DNA of 64,000 nt from Octopus sinensis (Eukaryota): contig NC_042998.1 of assembly GCF_006345805.1 (NCBI RefSeq), positions 64,170,001 to 64,234,000 on the forward strand, read 5' to 3'. The first letter of the stretch is position 1, and every line of letters begins with the position of its first letter. The position numbers and the translations under genes were made by a program. The notes below the pieces were generated by a model that was given only the letters and a program-made list of their open reading frames with translations, searched no databases and had not been told where the DNA came from. Below are positions 1 to 14,811 of the stretch, piece after piece.

Positions 1-692
1 ATACAAGTGCCTCACATTGCATCAAGAATCACTCACTTCAGTGATTCTTTCTATCAATGGCTTTGCTCGTATACGAGAAAGCATCCGTCTAAGATGTACG
101 TACGGACGTATGTATTTATGTATACATGTATATGAACACATAACCGTGCACACATAAGCTGCTGCAGACACAAGTAGATTTTAAGTAATGTTTCTAAAAG
201 TAATTTCTTGCATCAATATGTTGAATATTATATAAATGTTTTTAAGTATCATGTTATTTATTCAAATAATTATTTGCATATAAGGGTATGCTTCCAACTA
301 AGTAGAACGTATAAACGATATTACTGTCTCTGTCTTGAATAGTGACATGAGGTGTGGGAAGGACTTGCGAGAATATTTAGATTCTGCACTCTTACATTTA
401 ATTACAAATTGCAACCTAAAGGTAAGTCTGCACATGCGAGGTAATGTTAGGCTACAGGGAACACAGAATAAAATGGATTCTTGCAGGTAACTGTGTTTCT
501 AGAACTGAGTTTACTGTTTGAAATGAAGAACAGAAAGTTTATAAACGATAGGCGTAGGAGTGGCTGTGCGGTAAGTAGCTTCCTTACGAACCACATGGTT
601 CCGGGTTCAGTCCTAGTGCTTGACCTTTTGGGCAAGTGTCTTCTACTGTAGCCTCGGGCCGACCAAAGTCGTGTGAGTGGATTTGGTAGTGG

Positions 693-1640
<948 letters not shown>

Positions 1641-1649
1641 CTTATATAT

Positions 1650-1701
<52 letters not shown>

Positions 1702-2408
1702 GTGTGTGTGTGGTGTGTGTGTGTATGTTTGTGTATTTTTGTGTGTCTGAGTTTCTTACCCCAACATCACTTGACAAACGAAGCTGGTGTGTTTAACTTA
1801 GCTGTTCGTCAAAAGACACCGATAGAATAAGTACTAGGCTTACTAAGAATAAGTCGTGGAGTCGATTTGCTCAAGGCGGTGCTCCATCATGGCCACAGTT
1901 ACATGACTGAAACAAGTAAAAGAGTAAAGAGAGATTGAAGCAAATACTGTTATCCTGTCTCCTACAAATTGTACAGAATAACAAAATTACTTTTTTATCA
2001 TTCTGACAAGTTTCTATACTTAACTAACATATTGATTACTTGAGATATGAATTAAACGATGATCACTAACAGAAATTGCCGAAGAAATACCAAAGAATGT
2101 CTGACTGTATGTAAAAGTTGGAGGGTTTTCTTTCCCCACAACACTGGTCATGTTATATATTTAGAAATTCGTTATCGGCCAATTAAGTTAGTATTTGTAA
2201 AACCGCTACACTTATTCACAAATAAGGATATAGACACACCTTACTCTAACTGATATTTCTGAGAATGTATGAGTGAGATAGAACTCTCGAATATATTTTA
2301 CTCATCTAGTCAATACAGAACGCAGACAGATGTACGCGCCCATCGTCCCCACCATTTATATGTATCGATTCGTTCCGTTTCGTTTCGTTTCTTCTTCTCC
2401 CAGTACAG

Positions 2409-2440
<32 letters not shown>

Positions 2441-2500
2441 CTCAAATACCAGTGGTAGAGTAATATGCTTTATTTTAAGCAGCAGAAAATTCAACAAAAT

Positions 2501-2538
2501 CTGTTACTCTGAGTTTCTCGTTGCCGGTCATCAGACAG
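2501..2538 (-). ncRNA. Minimal type I hammerhead motif in a ~110-bp element (2440-2550) between (TA)n tracts
   Basis: Minus strand: ctgt CTGATGA c-cg(gcaa)cg-a GAAA ctc(a)gag TA acag; stems I and III pair, first stem II pair is mismatched. Confidence 0.65.
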
Positions 2539-2823
2539 TTTTTGCTAGAATATATATATATATATATATATAATTAATCAATATAGAGTGGCAAAAAAAA
2601 TTTTGTAGAATTTTTTTGCCACCAGCGGCCTAGTGGGAAAAAAATTAAATAGTCATAGACCATTTATAAGTTCAACATCATTCTGTTTGCGGAATTAATG
2701 TTATTTTGCGGTTGAAGCTTTGGCTGTTATTTCTAGTGGGTGAATGGCCTATTATGGCCGTTCCTTGATTGTGATATATATATATATATATATAAATATA
2801 TATATATACATATACATACATAA

Positions 2824-2935
<112 letters not shown>

Positions 2936-3195
2936 CAAACATACATACATACATACACACATTCATAATTAATAATATCAGAGTAATAGACGTTTTAGAA
3001 ATTTTTACTACCAGTGGCTTAGCTTATAGAAAAATTAGTCAATAGAGTATATATTATTCATCTAAAATACAGTGTACATTTAAGCGCATTAAGAGGTTCT
3101 TTCTAGTGTGAGGGAGTCCTATGATGGAAATCTCTTAATGTGTTTAAATGTACACTCTATTTTATAGTCTGTACACACACCCACACATATATATG

Positions 3196-3551
3196 TTCTT
3201 TTATTTTGTATTCGTTTCACTGTAGCCATGCTGGAGCAGCGACTTTAGCCGGGCAATCGACCCCCAGGACTTATTCATTGTATGAATAGTATTTATTCTA
3301 TCGCTATCTTTTTTGCCGAACCGCTAGGTTACGGGGACGTAAACACACCAGCATCGGCTGTCAAGCGATGTTGGGGGGCAAGCACACACACACACAAAAA
3401 CGCACACATACATCTATATCTATACGACGGACTTCTTTCAGTTTCCGTCTACCAAATCGATTCAATAAGTCTTTGGTCGGCCCGAGGCTATAGTAGAAGG
3501 CACTTGCCCAAGATACCACGCAGTGGAACTGAACCCGGAACCATGCGGTTG
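3196..3551 (-). mobile_element. SINE family A copy
   Basis: Reverse complement of the head and tail seen at 551/1800 and 55741. Confidence 0.8.
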
Positions 3552-4309
3552 TCTCGAAACCATATGTGGAAAGCTATAAATTTATATGTATGATACTCTC
3601 TCCACCGAGATATGAATATAAATAAGCTCAAAATTGATCTCACAACGCTAAGCGTTAATTTAATTAAAGTAATCCTAGTGTTTGCTTGTTTTAGTCTGAA
3701 TTTTGATTTACTGCAGACGTATTTGACGATATGTATATGAAACCGCCACGGATATGCGACCAGATTCTGTAATCCCTAATATAGCAAACGTAGATATTGT
3801 AGTATACGATCCACACATCTCGAAATATAGTGGAATCCTATATATTTACTCTTATGCGCTACTTTTTCTCTAACAAAATTTCCTGTAATAAGTATCGCCT
3901 ACATCTATTCGTTCGTTTCGATTTTTCACCTTCCCTAATATTCACACGGTTTTCTTGTTATTGGGCAAACATTTTCCGCTGACAGACAGTACGCTTTTAA
4001 ATATAGATTTTCTTTCTTCCGCATGTATGAATTTTTAAACATCTTAGAGAATAAAAACTTTTCTTAATTCTTCATTTACTAATAAGAATATGTTGATTCC
4101 GTTCAACATATATTATGAATCGTTTGCAACATTCAGATATTGCGTTAAAAAAATATAGAAAAAATTCTAAGAAATGCAAGTGTATTCCCATTATAGCAAG
4201 ACCAAAGGCGACTGCTTAAAAATGATCACTTTGGTGCAATGTCTGTACTTTATATTTTCGACATTATATTGGATCTGCTGAAGTTTGCAACTTTTGGTTT
4301 TTATATGAA

Positions 4310-4349
<40 letters not shown>

Positions 4350-5837
4350 TGTGTGTGTATGTACGTCAATATATTTGTCAACCTATGTAGCCATTTCAGT
4401 TTTTCTATGTCATCTACATGCATAAATGCATACATATGAATATTTGAATTTATTCGTTACTTCAGGTTTCTTTTAGAACATTACTTCAGTTTTTAGTGCA
4501 TAGCTTTTACCATTATGATCACACTGGAGGGTTAACTGTCATAAAGTTGCACAGTTACTAATTATAGATGCTGTGTTATGACCGATACGAACGAACATGA
4601 AATATTCATACTGGGTTCTGTAAAAGTGTTACAGATAAGATACAATAGCAATATCTATATATTCTCAAATGTCAAATTGTTGCCTTAGAAGTTCCAGATT
4701 ATTTCAAAGAATGAAGAAAAACTAAATATAAGAAACTAACTAAAGAGACTGTCAGTGGTTCCTCATCTTAACGAATGAAGCATCCGTTTGAAATGTAATA
4801 TATTTTGTAACTTCTTTAGCATACTTTCCTCAACTCTTGATAAATGTGGCAGCATTTATTGGTAGTATATAACCAAAACCAATTCTAAACCAACAAGTAG
4901 AAATGTGTCACGAATTCGAGACAAGAGTCACAGAGTAATATCATGTGAAATATATGAGAAAAAAGTTTAAAATATGAGAATTTCGTGGAATGATATTGTT
5001 TTCTTACATTTATCTTTCGAAATTTATTTCTTTAATACCTCCACTGAAGACCGTTACAGCTGTGTTCTTCATTGTAAACTAATATATGTGCGTGTATATA
5101 TGTGTGTGCGTATATATATATATATACATTTATATATGTATATATATGTATGTATATATATATATATATCCCCATACGTACATACCCATACACACACACT
5201 CACACACGCACACATACATATATGTATGTAACAGATACTTGTAACTGACAACTGCAGCATGAATAAATATCTACCACGTCATGGTAAAGTTATTTTTAGT
5301 TGAATTCATCACATTTGTTTTAACAGTATAAACCTATATGTATAAAAACATAACAGCATTTCAGAAAATATTAGTTTGACATTTCACCATAACTTTTTTT
5401 TTTACTTTAGTCTCACACGTGTGAATACACTGAAAAGATAATATCATTACTGGGCGATGTTTCATATTCACGTATTTTACTACACAAAATATATCTATGA
5501 TGTTTTCCTATGTGCGTCACAGTTTAGTTTAATTTTGATAATTTAACTTTTGAAAAACAAATTTAATTTCACTTCAAAGAAAATTATTTATCACGACAGA
5601 AGAGGATCGTATCTTAAGTACTACCTTTTGTTGTGCAGAAATAGAAGATTACATTAAAATATAGTTTGTTTATATTTTTTCTCCATTCGCTTGTGAGACT
5701 CGATCAATTTCTGAATCCATTTTTCTGTTCAAGATAAGATATTAAATATATATATATGCATTTCTCGTCATGCAGTACGGCAACGTTCAAAAATATACCA
5801 ATCCGTTTAACCAATATTTCAATTCATCTTGAAGATT

Positions 5838-6022
5838 TTTGCTTTCGAAATTTGGCAAAAAGCCAGTAAATTCGAGGAGATACGTCGATTTCTGCCTCAG
5901 TTATCGACTGGGATTTATTTTATCGACATCGAACGCAATATCGACCTCGGCAGAATTTGAACTCAGAACGTAAAGTGGACGAAATGGCGCTAAGCACTTT
6001 TCGTTCTTCCCAGTTCGCTGCG
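5838..6022 (-). mobile_element. tRNA-derived SINE family B, degraded
   Basis: TCGACCTCGGCAGAATTTGAACTCAGAACGTAAAG..GACGAAAT..CGCTAAGCA is the reverse complement of the copies at 28628 and 30323. Confidence 0.7.
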
Positions 6023-6789
6023 TTAGAGTGTCTGCAAATTAGTCGCTTTCACATGTACACCATCCAATATATTTGGTGTCTTTATAATCATTGAACTGAA
6101 CATAGAGAATGACATTTCAAATGTAGTCCGAATGTTATTGCAATATCGAAGCGCAATCGCTAAGACAGCACTTCATTGCCTTTGTATAAGTACATCGTTG
6201 TCAAAACGATGTAGTGCTTATTTTTTATTATATTATTTTGAATTATTGACAGCACACACACAAACGTATACACACACACACACACACGCACGCACAATGG
6301 TTCAATTTCCCAAAAGTGGGGGATGTGTGTAGAGAAATAAATAGATATAAGTAAATGATAAGTATATTTGGCAACGATGAAAGATAGATTTAAACTTGAG
6401 GGGCTCTAAGTCTAGAAAGTAAAGTGAACTAGATTGATACCGTAAATAAATTTTCTTGCCGCTCATTCAATTCTGCCAAAACAAGACACAATGCCTATAA
6501 AATTATTACATCTATTTTTTCAGAAAATACCCAATTCCATAACAAATAAGTAGTTGGTATTTCTTCAGTATCTGTTTTCTGAATATTACGAAAGCCTGCA
6601 AACCAATATATACAGCATGAATAACATGTGTAGCTAATCAACAAAGTCCAAAAGTAATTCTCAGGCTAATGGGTGGTGAGGCTAATTATAATAATTTGAA
6701 AAGCTAATAAATAAATGTATCTGAACGTATACACAGCTTCTTAGAACGGATGTAAAATATACAAACTTACCACAAATTAACTTTACAGT

Positions 6790-7335
6790 TCAAACATTTC
6801 GGAAGAGCGTAATGGAAATCAGGGAAACAAAGTTTTATCAGAAAAGGCAGAACAGTTCCCCCTGAACTTTATTGGTTGCACACGACATATCTAGGTGATG
6901 CTCAAAGTCAAACCATGGACATTGGAGCTTCCCTTCACCAATGTTGGATATGCCTTTTTTTCCTTCAGATCATTGAGGGTTTGAACTTTTATACGACAGA
7001 CTCTGTTCTCAATGTAACTCCACGAGAAGAAATCTAGAAATCTAGGTGTTATATTTGATGCCTTAGCTAACCTGGAAATCTTCCAATCCACCGTTTTGGA
7101 AAAGTTTCATTAAGAAACTCTTCAACACTCAACTCCAAATGAGGCGGCACACCTTTCTGCTGGAAAATAATTATTGGTTGCAAGTAGTGCAACTGCAGTG
7201 CAGCAAATTGTTGTAAATTATCAAGATAAGAGTTGAGAATATTCGTCGCAAAAAATAATTTATGGACACCATGTATATTTAAGTCACCTACACTCAACCA
7301 TACCGCTACGTATAGAATACACCCACAAATCATCT
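6790..7335 (-). pseudogene. Tc1/mariner transposase C-terminal remnant
   Basis: IIFQQKGVPPH...VEEFLNETFPKRWIGR and ITP..LDFFSWSYIENRV resemble the FQQDGAPPH and WP.RSPDL.P.DFFLWG motifs; frameshifted. Confidence 0.75.
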
Positions 7336-9699
7336 TTAATCATCTCGATGATAAATTAGAAGAATGTTACTTTTAAAATGGCTGAGAAATCAATATAGAA
7401 ATGTTCTATTATAGTTGCAATAAAATTGAATTATAATGATAATGAATAGCATGATATCCTGATACTGAAAAACGCATGTATTTCCATTTGATTACTCTAG
7501 ATACGGAAATGATATTCACGTATGACGTTAATTACCTAAATGAAATATCTTCCTATAAAAACTGGAATACCAAAGACAATTAGTTATAAATTCCAATAAA
7601 CTAGACTATTGTAAATATTTCTTTAACTGAACTTTTATTGTAACTCTTAACAGGGAACTTGCAAGTGGATTGGGCGCTCAAATTATAATTGTAATACGAT
7701 TCCTTTTATGATCTCTTCCTAAGACAGTAATAATTACCAATGTGTTGAATTCTGCTTTAAGCAAGATGTTCTGTTGGCGAAATAGTTACACTCTCAAAGA
7801 TATATGCTTAATTACAGGGAGAACTCGAATGAACTTGAGCTTTACTAGTTAATAAGTTACGAATACCGGAAATAAAGCTCTATTAATGTCCACAATTGCA
7901 TAGAAAATTATATTGCAACTTTAAAATTAATATTCATTTGTTTTTCAGCAGCTCTTTTACCAGTTATATCTCTATGGAGTGACATCATGTAACTATCAAT
8001 AACTATTGGTTAACATTCAGTCCCTGAGTTAGCTTACTAATTTTCTGGATCAATGAAAGCAACGTCTAGACGTCTTCGAGGTCGTTTTCCTGTTTCAAAT
8101 ACCAACGTTGATACGGTCCTATTTATATATAAGCAGGTGCGTAAGGCCTGGTAAAAGAAGATGGACATGAGGTCAGCATGACTATAGTTCGAGATCGGTA
8201 AAAGAAGTTTAGATTTGAATAAATAATAAGTTATATATTATTCATTGAATATTAAAAAAAATATCGCAAACATTAGAAAATTACTTTTGTTTTCAAATAT
8301 CTAATGCTGCTCAAGATAAATAGACCATAAATATATAGATCGAATTCTATCACGATAATGATTTTCAAACTGACACAGACCAATAAGATACGTTTATGGC
8401 TGACTGAATCGAATAGCTATAATAAAAATATATTATATTACCGACTACGATGTCATGTGATATATTTTTTTTAGAAAATAATGTAATTACACTATTTTCG
8501 TATTTCATATATTCTAACAAATGTGTGTAGACAACAAAATGAATTATAATTATTAAATATATTCATGGCAATCAACTTATAATTGAGACTTCATATTAAA
8601 AACAGTACTTATCTATTATTAAATTCCAAAGTTATTAAATTCCTATAGATAAAAACTGTTTTAATAAGAGAAGCGTGCATTAAATCTTTATTAATATGGT
8701 TCAACGTTGCAAAGCATAGCGTTGCTTCATCTTTTTTTATTAAAATATGTTTTTCATTGTTAAATTATGTTTCACAATGTGCAAATCTTAAAGAAAACGA
8801 ATAAGCTTTTTTTTTTAGTTTCTATATTTGTAAAGATACCAGCTTTTAAGATTGTAATTTCATTTCAAATATCTTATTAAACAAAGTTGATGTAAGTTAA
8901 TTATTTAACTTCAGTGGAAGTCATACACGTAAGTAGATTACAAATCGTTGCAGCAAAATACGCAGGGTTTGTAAAGAACGAATCACATCCCTGAGGACTT
9001 CCATGCATTAATCAAGAATATAAATAGGAAATATAAATAGGAATTATTGGCACAACAAGTTACCAATTTTTGTTATAAATAGTAGTCGATATACTTCGAT
9101 GTTAGGTAAAGCTTCCCTGAATGCATATAGGCTAAGAAAATGTTTGTTGTCGAAAACTGATTGGTTCTCATCAGCTAGGTCTACCGAAGAGACTCAACTT
9201 AAAATGTTCGCTACATGAACGTCTGTATACTCAGCCAGTAACCCTAGCCATAAACAGAACTGAAATCAGTGAAAAAGTCGTACGGTGTTTTATTTTGCTG
9301 GCAAATAATATTATTCTACTATAATTACATTTTTATATAAAACATTTTCACTGATCTCGTCCTGTTTATGGTTGGCGCAATTGTCCGAGTATACAGGCAC
9401 TGATGTAGCGGATATTTGAAATTTAGTCTGTTATGGTAGACTTAGCGAACGAGGACCAATCACAATAACAAACGTATTCTGAAGAATTCGAAACTCGAGT
9501 ACTAGGTTGTCCATTATTTCTGGCGTTCTCCCAAGAGCAGAGGCGATTTGTTTCCTATTCGCCGCCCGCACGCATATCTGACTCTATACGTTCAGTGAAG
9601 CTTTACCTAGCTTTGAGCGGTTATCAAATGGTATTTCTAGCAAACATCGGTACTTTGTTGTGTCACTATTTTCTACGCAAACACACACACACAACACAA

Positions 9700-9734
<35 letters not shown>

Positions 9735-9756
9735 ACACAAACACACACACACACAA

Positions 9757-9794
<38 letters not shown>

Positions 9795-9799
9795 ACACA

Positions 9800-10052
9800 C
9801 AATGGCAGCGTGGAAGGTGCTTATAAACCATTTAAATACAGAAAAACCGTTGGATTCACTTCAACATTTAAATTTAATTTGTCTAAATATTTTAGTCGCC
9901 TTTAGACCACGACCTGTTCATTGACAAAATTCCGTGCATTTTGTCAAAGCGACGAAAATATTTTGGCAAATTAAATTTAAATGTTGAAGTGAATCTAACG
10001 GTTTTTGTGGCTTTCTTAAATGGTTTATAAACATCTTCCAGGCTGCAATAGT
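9800..10052. repeat. Imperfect ~100-bp-arm inverted repeat (non-coding element with terminal inversion)
   Basis: GCAGCGTGGAAGGTGCTTATAAACCATTTAA...GATTCACTTCAACATTTAAATTTAATTTG is mirrored by CAAATTAAATTTAAATGTTGAAGTGAATC...TTAAATGGTTTATAAACATCTTCCAGGCTGC. Confidence 0.8.
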
Positions 10053-10130
10053 GTTCGTTCCAGCACACGATCTCAGATCAGCTCAATTGCTATGCAAGTA
10101 GATCTCCTTAATATATATATTTGAACATAT

Positions 10131-10384
10131 ACACTTTGAACATATAGCATGAATGAACTGACTTCAAACTATATATCAACTATACATGAACTCTAAGATG
10201 TCTGACTCCGTTGTGTATTATAAATGAATTTCTTATGTTTGACGGCATGAGCTGTCTTTTTTTATATATAACTTTTTTTGATAAGGTTCATTTCAGGAAC
10301 TGAAACATGTTATAATGTATATATAAAAATTAAAAATTGTATAATATAGCAGCATTTTCGAACTTCACTTTTTACAAATATATA
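10131..10384 (+). repeat. 5' partial pseudo-LTR of the PLE
   Basis: Direct repeat of 14812-15065 with about 6 substitutions. Confidence 0.9.
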
Positions 10385-10443
10385 CCTACTCGTATACGAG
10401 CTAATCCTATTATAAATATCATATCACGTACGAGCTCCCGAAA

Positions 10444-13400
10444 ATGCCTGCTAAAAAGACACCAATGAATCTCCTCAATAATAATGAAGAGATACTGAAA
10501 GAATTGAAAAGCATAAATTCAAACCTAACAGCAGTGTTAGACAAACTCAACTTAACACCTCGACCTTCTACCACACTAACGAGGAAACCGAATCGAATAA
10601 AACACCCTCTGAATATTCGAGAAAGTTGAAAATCTATGCGATACAATGACGACATTCTTCACAAACTTTACGAAACAAGAGCAACAAAAAGAAGGAACAC
10701 ATGAGAAGAACCGAGCAACTTCAACATTACAAATAAAGAACCAAGTCCTCCCCCAATGGAGAACACTACAGCGAAACAGAAAATTCGCTTTTTGGAAAAT
10801 GATAAAAATCAGAATAAAGCAGAGATTTACCAAAAATGGCTAGACTCAACACCCCTAGTCATACCCCGTAAATTACAAATCAAGCCCATCTCAGAAGAAC
10901 CAGAAGAACAAAGAAAATTAGAGAAAAAATGTCATTAGAAAAAATGAAGATGGAAATAGAACTACTTAAGCTGAGAGCTAAAACGAATGAAGAAAAAGTA
11001 AAAACCATAGACGAGGAAATCAACGAAGAAGTCATCAAACTAATAGGCGACATCAATACTGAAACATTACCAGCACTATGGAATGAAGAATGTGAAAAGA
11101 GGAACTTAAGTCCCTCCAACGCTGGGAAAGAGCGCCATCTGGTTTCTAGATTATGAAACCAACTTCAAAAATGAACACATATCCAATAACCCTTCATAAA
11201 ATTAAGTAAATCAAAACCAAATACCAACAGACGGAACAACCACCAAGAATCCTACCACACTCTACACCAGAAAAGTACACCTGAAAACCACCCACCACTA
11301 CCTACACCAACCCCCAAACACCTACAGGGCCCACCACACCAGTTCGAAAATAGACATACCAACAGAGCAGAACAACCATCAAGAAATCCAAACACACGCT
11401 ACACCAGAAAAATGCATTTAAAACGCACCCCACACTACCTACACCAACCCCAAAACACTTATAGGGTCCCACCACACCATTCCACGAACCTAAGAACCAC
11501 AACATACAATACTACAAAATACAACCCACATAACCAAACCAAAACGCTACTACCAAACATCCACCCCAGGAACCAACCATACAACCATAACAAACAACAA
11601 ATGCACTACGGAGGAAACAACTACCAACACAATATACCTGATGAACTAAGACGGAACACTAGGTTCAACAACAGACTCAGAACAGAGCACCACAAACTCA
11701 CTCTGACAATTATGACAACATGAGACAGATAATAATAGCTTTGAACATAACTACACCAACCATTTTTTAGACCTTACACACAGGAACAGGGACACACGAT
11801 GGCAAAGGACAAACAAAAGAACCCTCAGGTAATTAAGATAATCAATCTCTCAAACAAAGAACTTACACCTAACGAAATAAGCATACTCTCCAAAGGACTT
11901 AAATTTACACCCACCCAAAACGTTCTAATTACTATGAAATGAAAGATGATATTCGGAATTTTGCAGAAAACTAAGACTCACCGAGGCATTTCAAGACAAA
12001 CAAATAGAGGAGGACTCAATAGCTAGAAACAAGAGCAATTACAACCCCACCAAGGAAAAGAATAAAGCCTTAGACCGCTATTGTGACTACATAACCAATT
12101 TCCCGTTTCAATTCATCAAGAAACAACAAACAGCCCTAACTTCAACAAAGAGAATGGAAGTACCTCATCAAACTAAGAGAAGAAAAACAATAACAATTAA
12201 GGAGGCAGATAAGGGCAACGCGATAGTAATAATGAATACGAACGATTATAAAAATTTAGTGCTATGCCTATTAAGGGATGAAACGTATTATGAAAGGGCC
12301 CAACAGTATAACCAGCAAAAAATAATGCATAACCTTAGGACTAATCAACACATACCAAGAAGGACTCACGAACAAGGAGTATGAATACATCACTAACTTC
12401 AAATGCAAATCGAGTTTGTTCTATGGTATCCCTAGGTACACAAAAGCCAAACCATTAGAGAAACGTGCAAAACATCCACCGACACACTCATCAAAATCCC
12501 TTCACCAATGATCTTAAACTAAGACCGATAATAGCAGGGCCAGCATGTGAAACTCACCGCCTCAGCATTTCTTAGACACACTTCTTAAACCTTTCCTAAA
12601 ACCATCAAAAGTACGTAAGAGACGATATAGATATGCTCAACCACCTCCCTAAAACAGTCAATGAGAAAACCCTTCTAGTATCATTCGACGTAGTTAATCT
12701 TTATTCTAACATCCTCACAACCTAGGAATAGAAGCGATCACCTTCTGGCTGAATAACTACCCCTTTGAACTCCCAACTCGCATAAACAAAGACCTTATAA
12801 TAGAAGGACTTAGATTCATTTTAGAGAACAGTTATTTTATTTTTGACAATGATTTCTACAGGCAAAGATCGGGAACAGCGATGGGCACGCGTACTGCACC
12901 ATCTTTTGCCAACCTAGTGATGGGATACCGCGAGAAAGTACTATACCGGATAACACTCGAGAAATATGGAAACACCTTCGCCACCTATATCCATAACAAC
13001 TGGAAAAGATACCTCGATGACTGTTTCATTATCTGGGACAAAGGTATAGAGAAACTTGAGGAATTTAAAATACTATTAAATGGAATAAATGACAATATAC
13101 AATTCACGATGGACCACAACGAAAAAGAATTACCATTTTTAGACATCCTCATTAAGAAAACCGGCAACAAAATAGAGACAGATATCTACTATAAACCGAC
13201 AGACTCTAAACAGTACCTACCCTTTGATTCATGCCACCCACGACACACTAGAATGAATGTCCCTTTTTGTTTAGCTAGAAGGATTTGAACCATAATATCA
13301 GACACAAACACCCGACACGCACGTCTCCAGGAACTTAGAACCACACTCACAAATAGAAACTATCCACAGCCCCTAATGGACAGTGCAATCCAACGGGTAC

Positions 13401-14083
13401 TTGAATTAAGTATAGAAGACCTGAGACAAACAAAACCAAAAAAGAAAGAACAATTAAAAACCCTTCCCTACATCTCTACACACAACCCACTCAACAATGA
13501 GGCCTTCAACACCATACTACAAAACACAGCCCTACTAAAGGGAGACCCAAAGATGAACCGGATCCTCGAAACACACACCATCATTAAAAGTAAACGGCAA
13601 CCAAAATCCTTGAAAAGGATTTTAACCCAAGCTACACTGCACTCAACATCAACCACAAAACCAGCAGTTAGAAAATGTGGAAGGCCCAACTGCGGAATCT
13701 GTGTCATCTTGAAAGAAGGATCAGAATTTATACTGGAACAAGGCCACCAGTTCACCATTAGAACAAACTTCACCTGCGCATCAGAAAACTTAATTTACGT
13801 CATAACATGCGCAGGCTGCAATAGGCAGTATATAGGCCATACAAAAAATAGCTTACGTAACAGGATGGCGGTGCATAAATCACAAATTAGAAACCCTGAT
13901 TACCGCAAAATACCAATCAGCGGACACATAGATAGATGTGCTGGAAATGTAAATCCGAAACTTACAACTAACCCGCTCTATAAATTCAGTGACAACGCAA
14001 CCTTCACACAACGCCAAAATAAAGAACTATATTTCATAAAAAAATTTAGACCAAGTTTAAACACCCTGGGCCAGGAATACTAA
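10444..14083 (+). pseudogene. PLE polyprotein (N-terminal region, RT, GIY-YIG endonuclease), disrupted as assembled
   Basis: Chain of + ORFs 10444-12384 separated by 1-bp deletions; ORFs 12881-13288 and 13376-14083 are in one frame separated only by TGA at 13286. Confidence 0.88.
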
Positions 14084-14249
14084 AACGAAAGATAAGTCCT
14101 CCGAAAAGGAGAAGCAAAATTCCACCACGGCCGCTACCTTAAACAGACACTCGCTCTGACGGAAATATGCCTTAGTAAAAAAGGGAAAAAAATTCTTTCG
14201 TGCAAATCTGACCCTGATACATACGATACAGCTAAGGGTCAGACCCGAT

Positions 14250-14700
14250 TCTGATTGGTCAACAAGTTGATGACGTCTAATTCTGCTAGAATGGACAGAA
14301 TACAAAGAGGGGACAGTCATTAGTCAGAATATTGATGACGTCCTTTTCTGCTTGACTAGTCACCTAACAAGTACAGACAGGGGGCAGATCTAATGTAGCT
14401 ATAAGTCGTGATTGGGCAGAATCTGGATGACGTCCCGTTCTGCTTGACTAACGAAGCGACTGGTCAAAACAGGAAACAGACAAGAGGCAGTTATAATGCA
14501 GCGATTGGTCAAAATGATGATGACGTCCCGTTCTGCTTGACTAAAGCCACCTAACGAAACGATTGGTCAAAACATTGATGACGTCACGCTGCGCTGGACT
14601 GACCACCTAACAGGCATTATAAAACCGAGCGCTTCACAAGACTCATTAGAACCACCCAGCGAACATCCACCATGGGTCATCACAATTGCTTAAGGTAAAA
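14250..14700 (+). promoter_or_regulatory. Candidate Pol II promoter in the PLE 3' region: repeated CCAAT/CRE modules, TATA, Inr, ATG, splice donor
   Basis: TGACGTC at 14271, 14336, 14428, 14521, 14579, most preceded by GATTGG; TATAAAA 14618; TCATT 14643; CCACCATGG 14667; AAG|GTAAAA 14695. Confidence 0.6.
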
Positions 14701-14811
14701 ATGAATTCCTCGCTCTTTCGGAAACATCAATCTTCTGTATTGACTGCTTTCCACCACTTTGATCTGTTTTTTGTATTGAATACGTATCGCCACCGTGGGC
14801 CACTGCATCGA

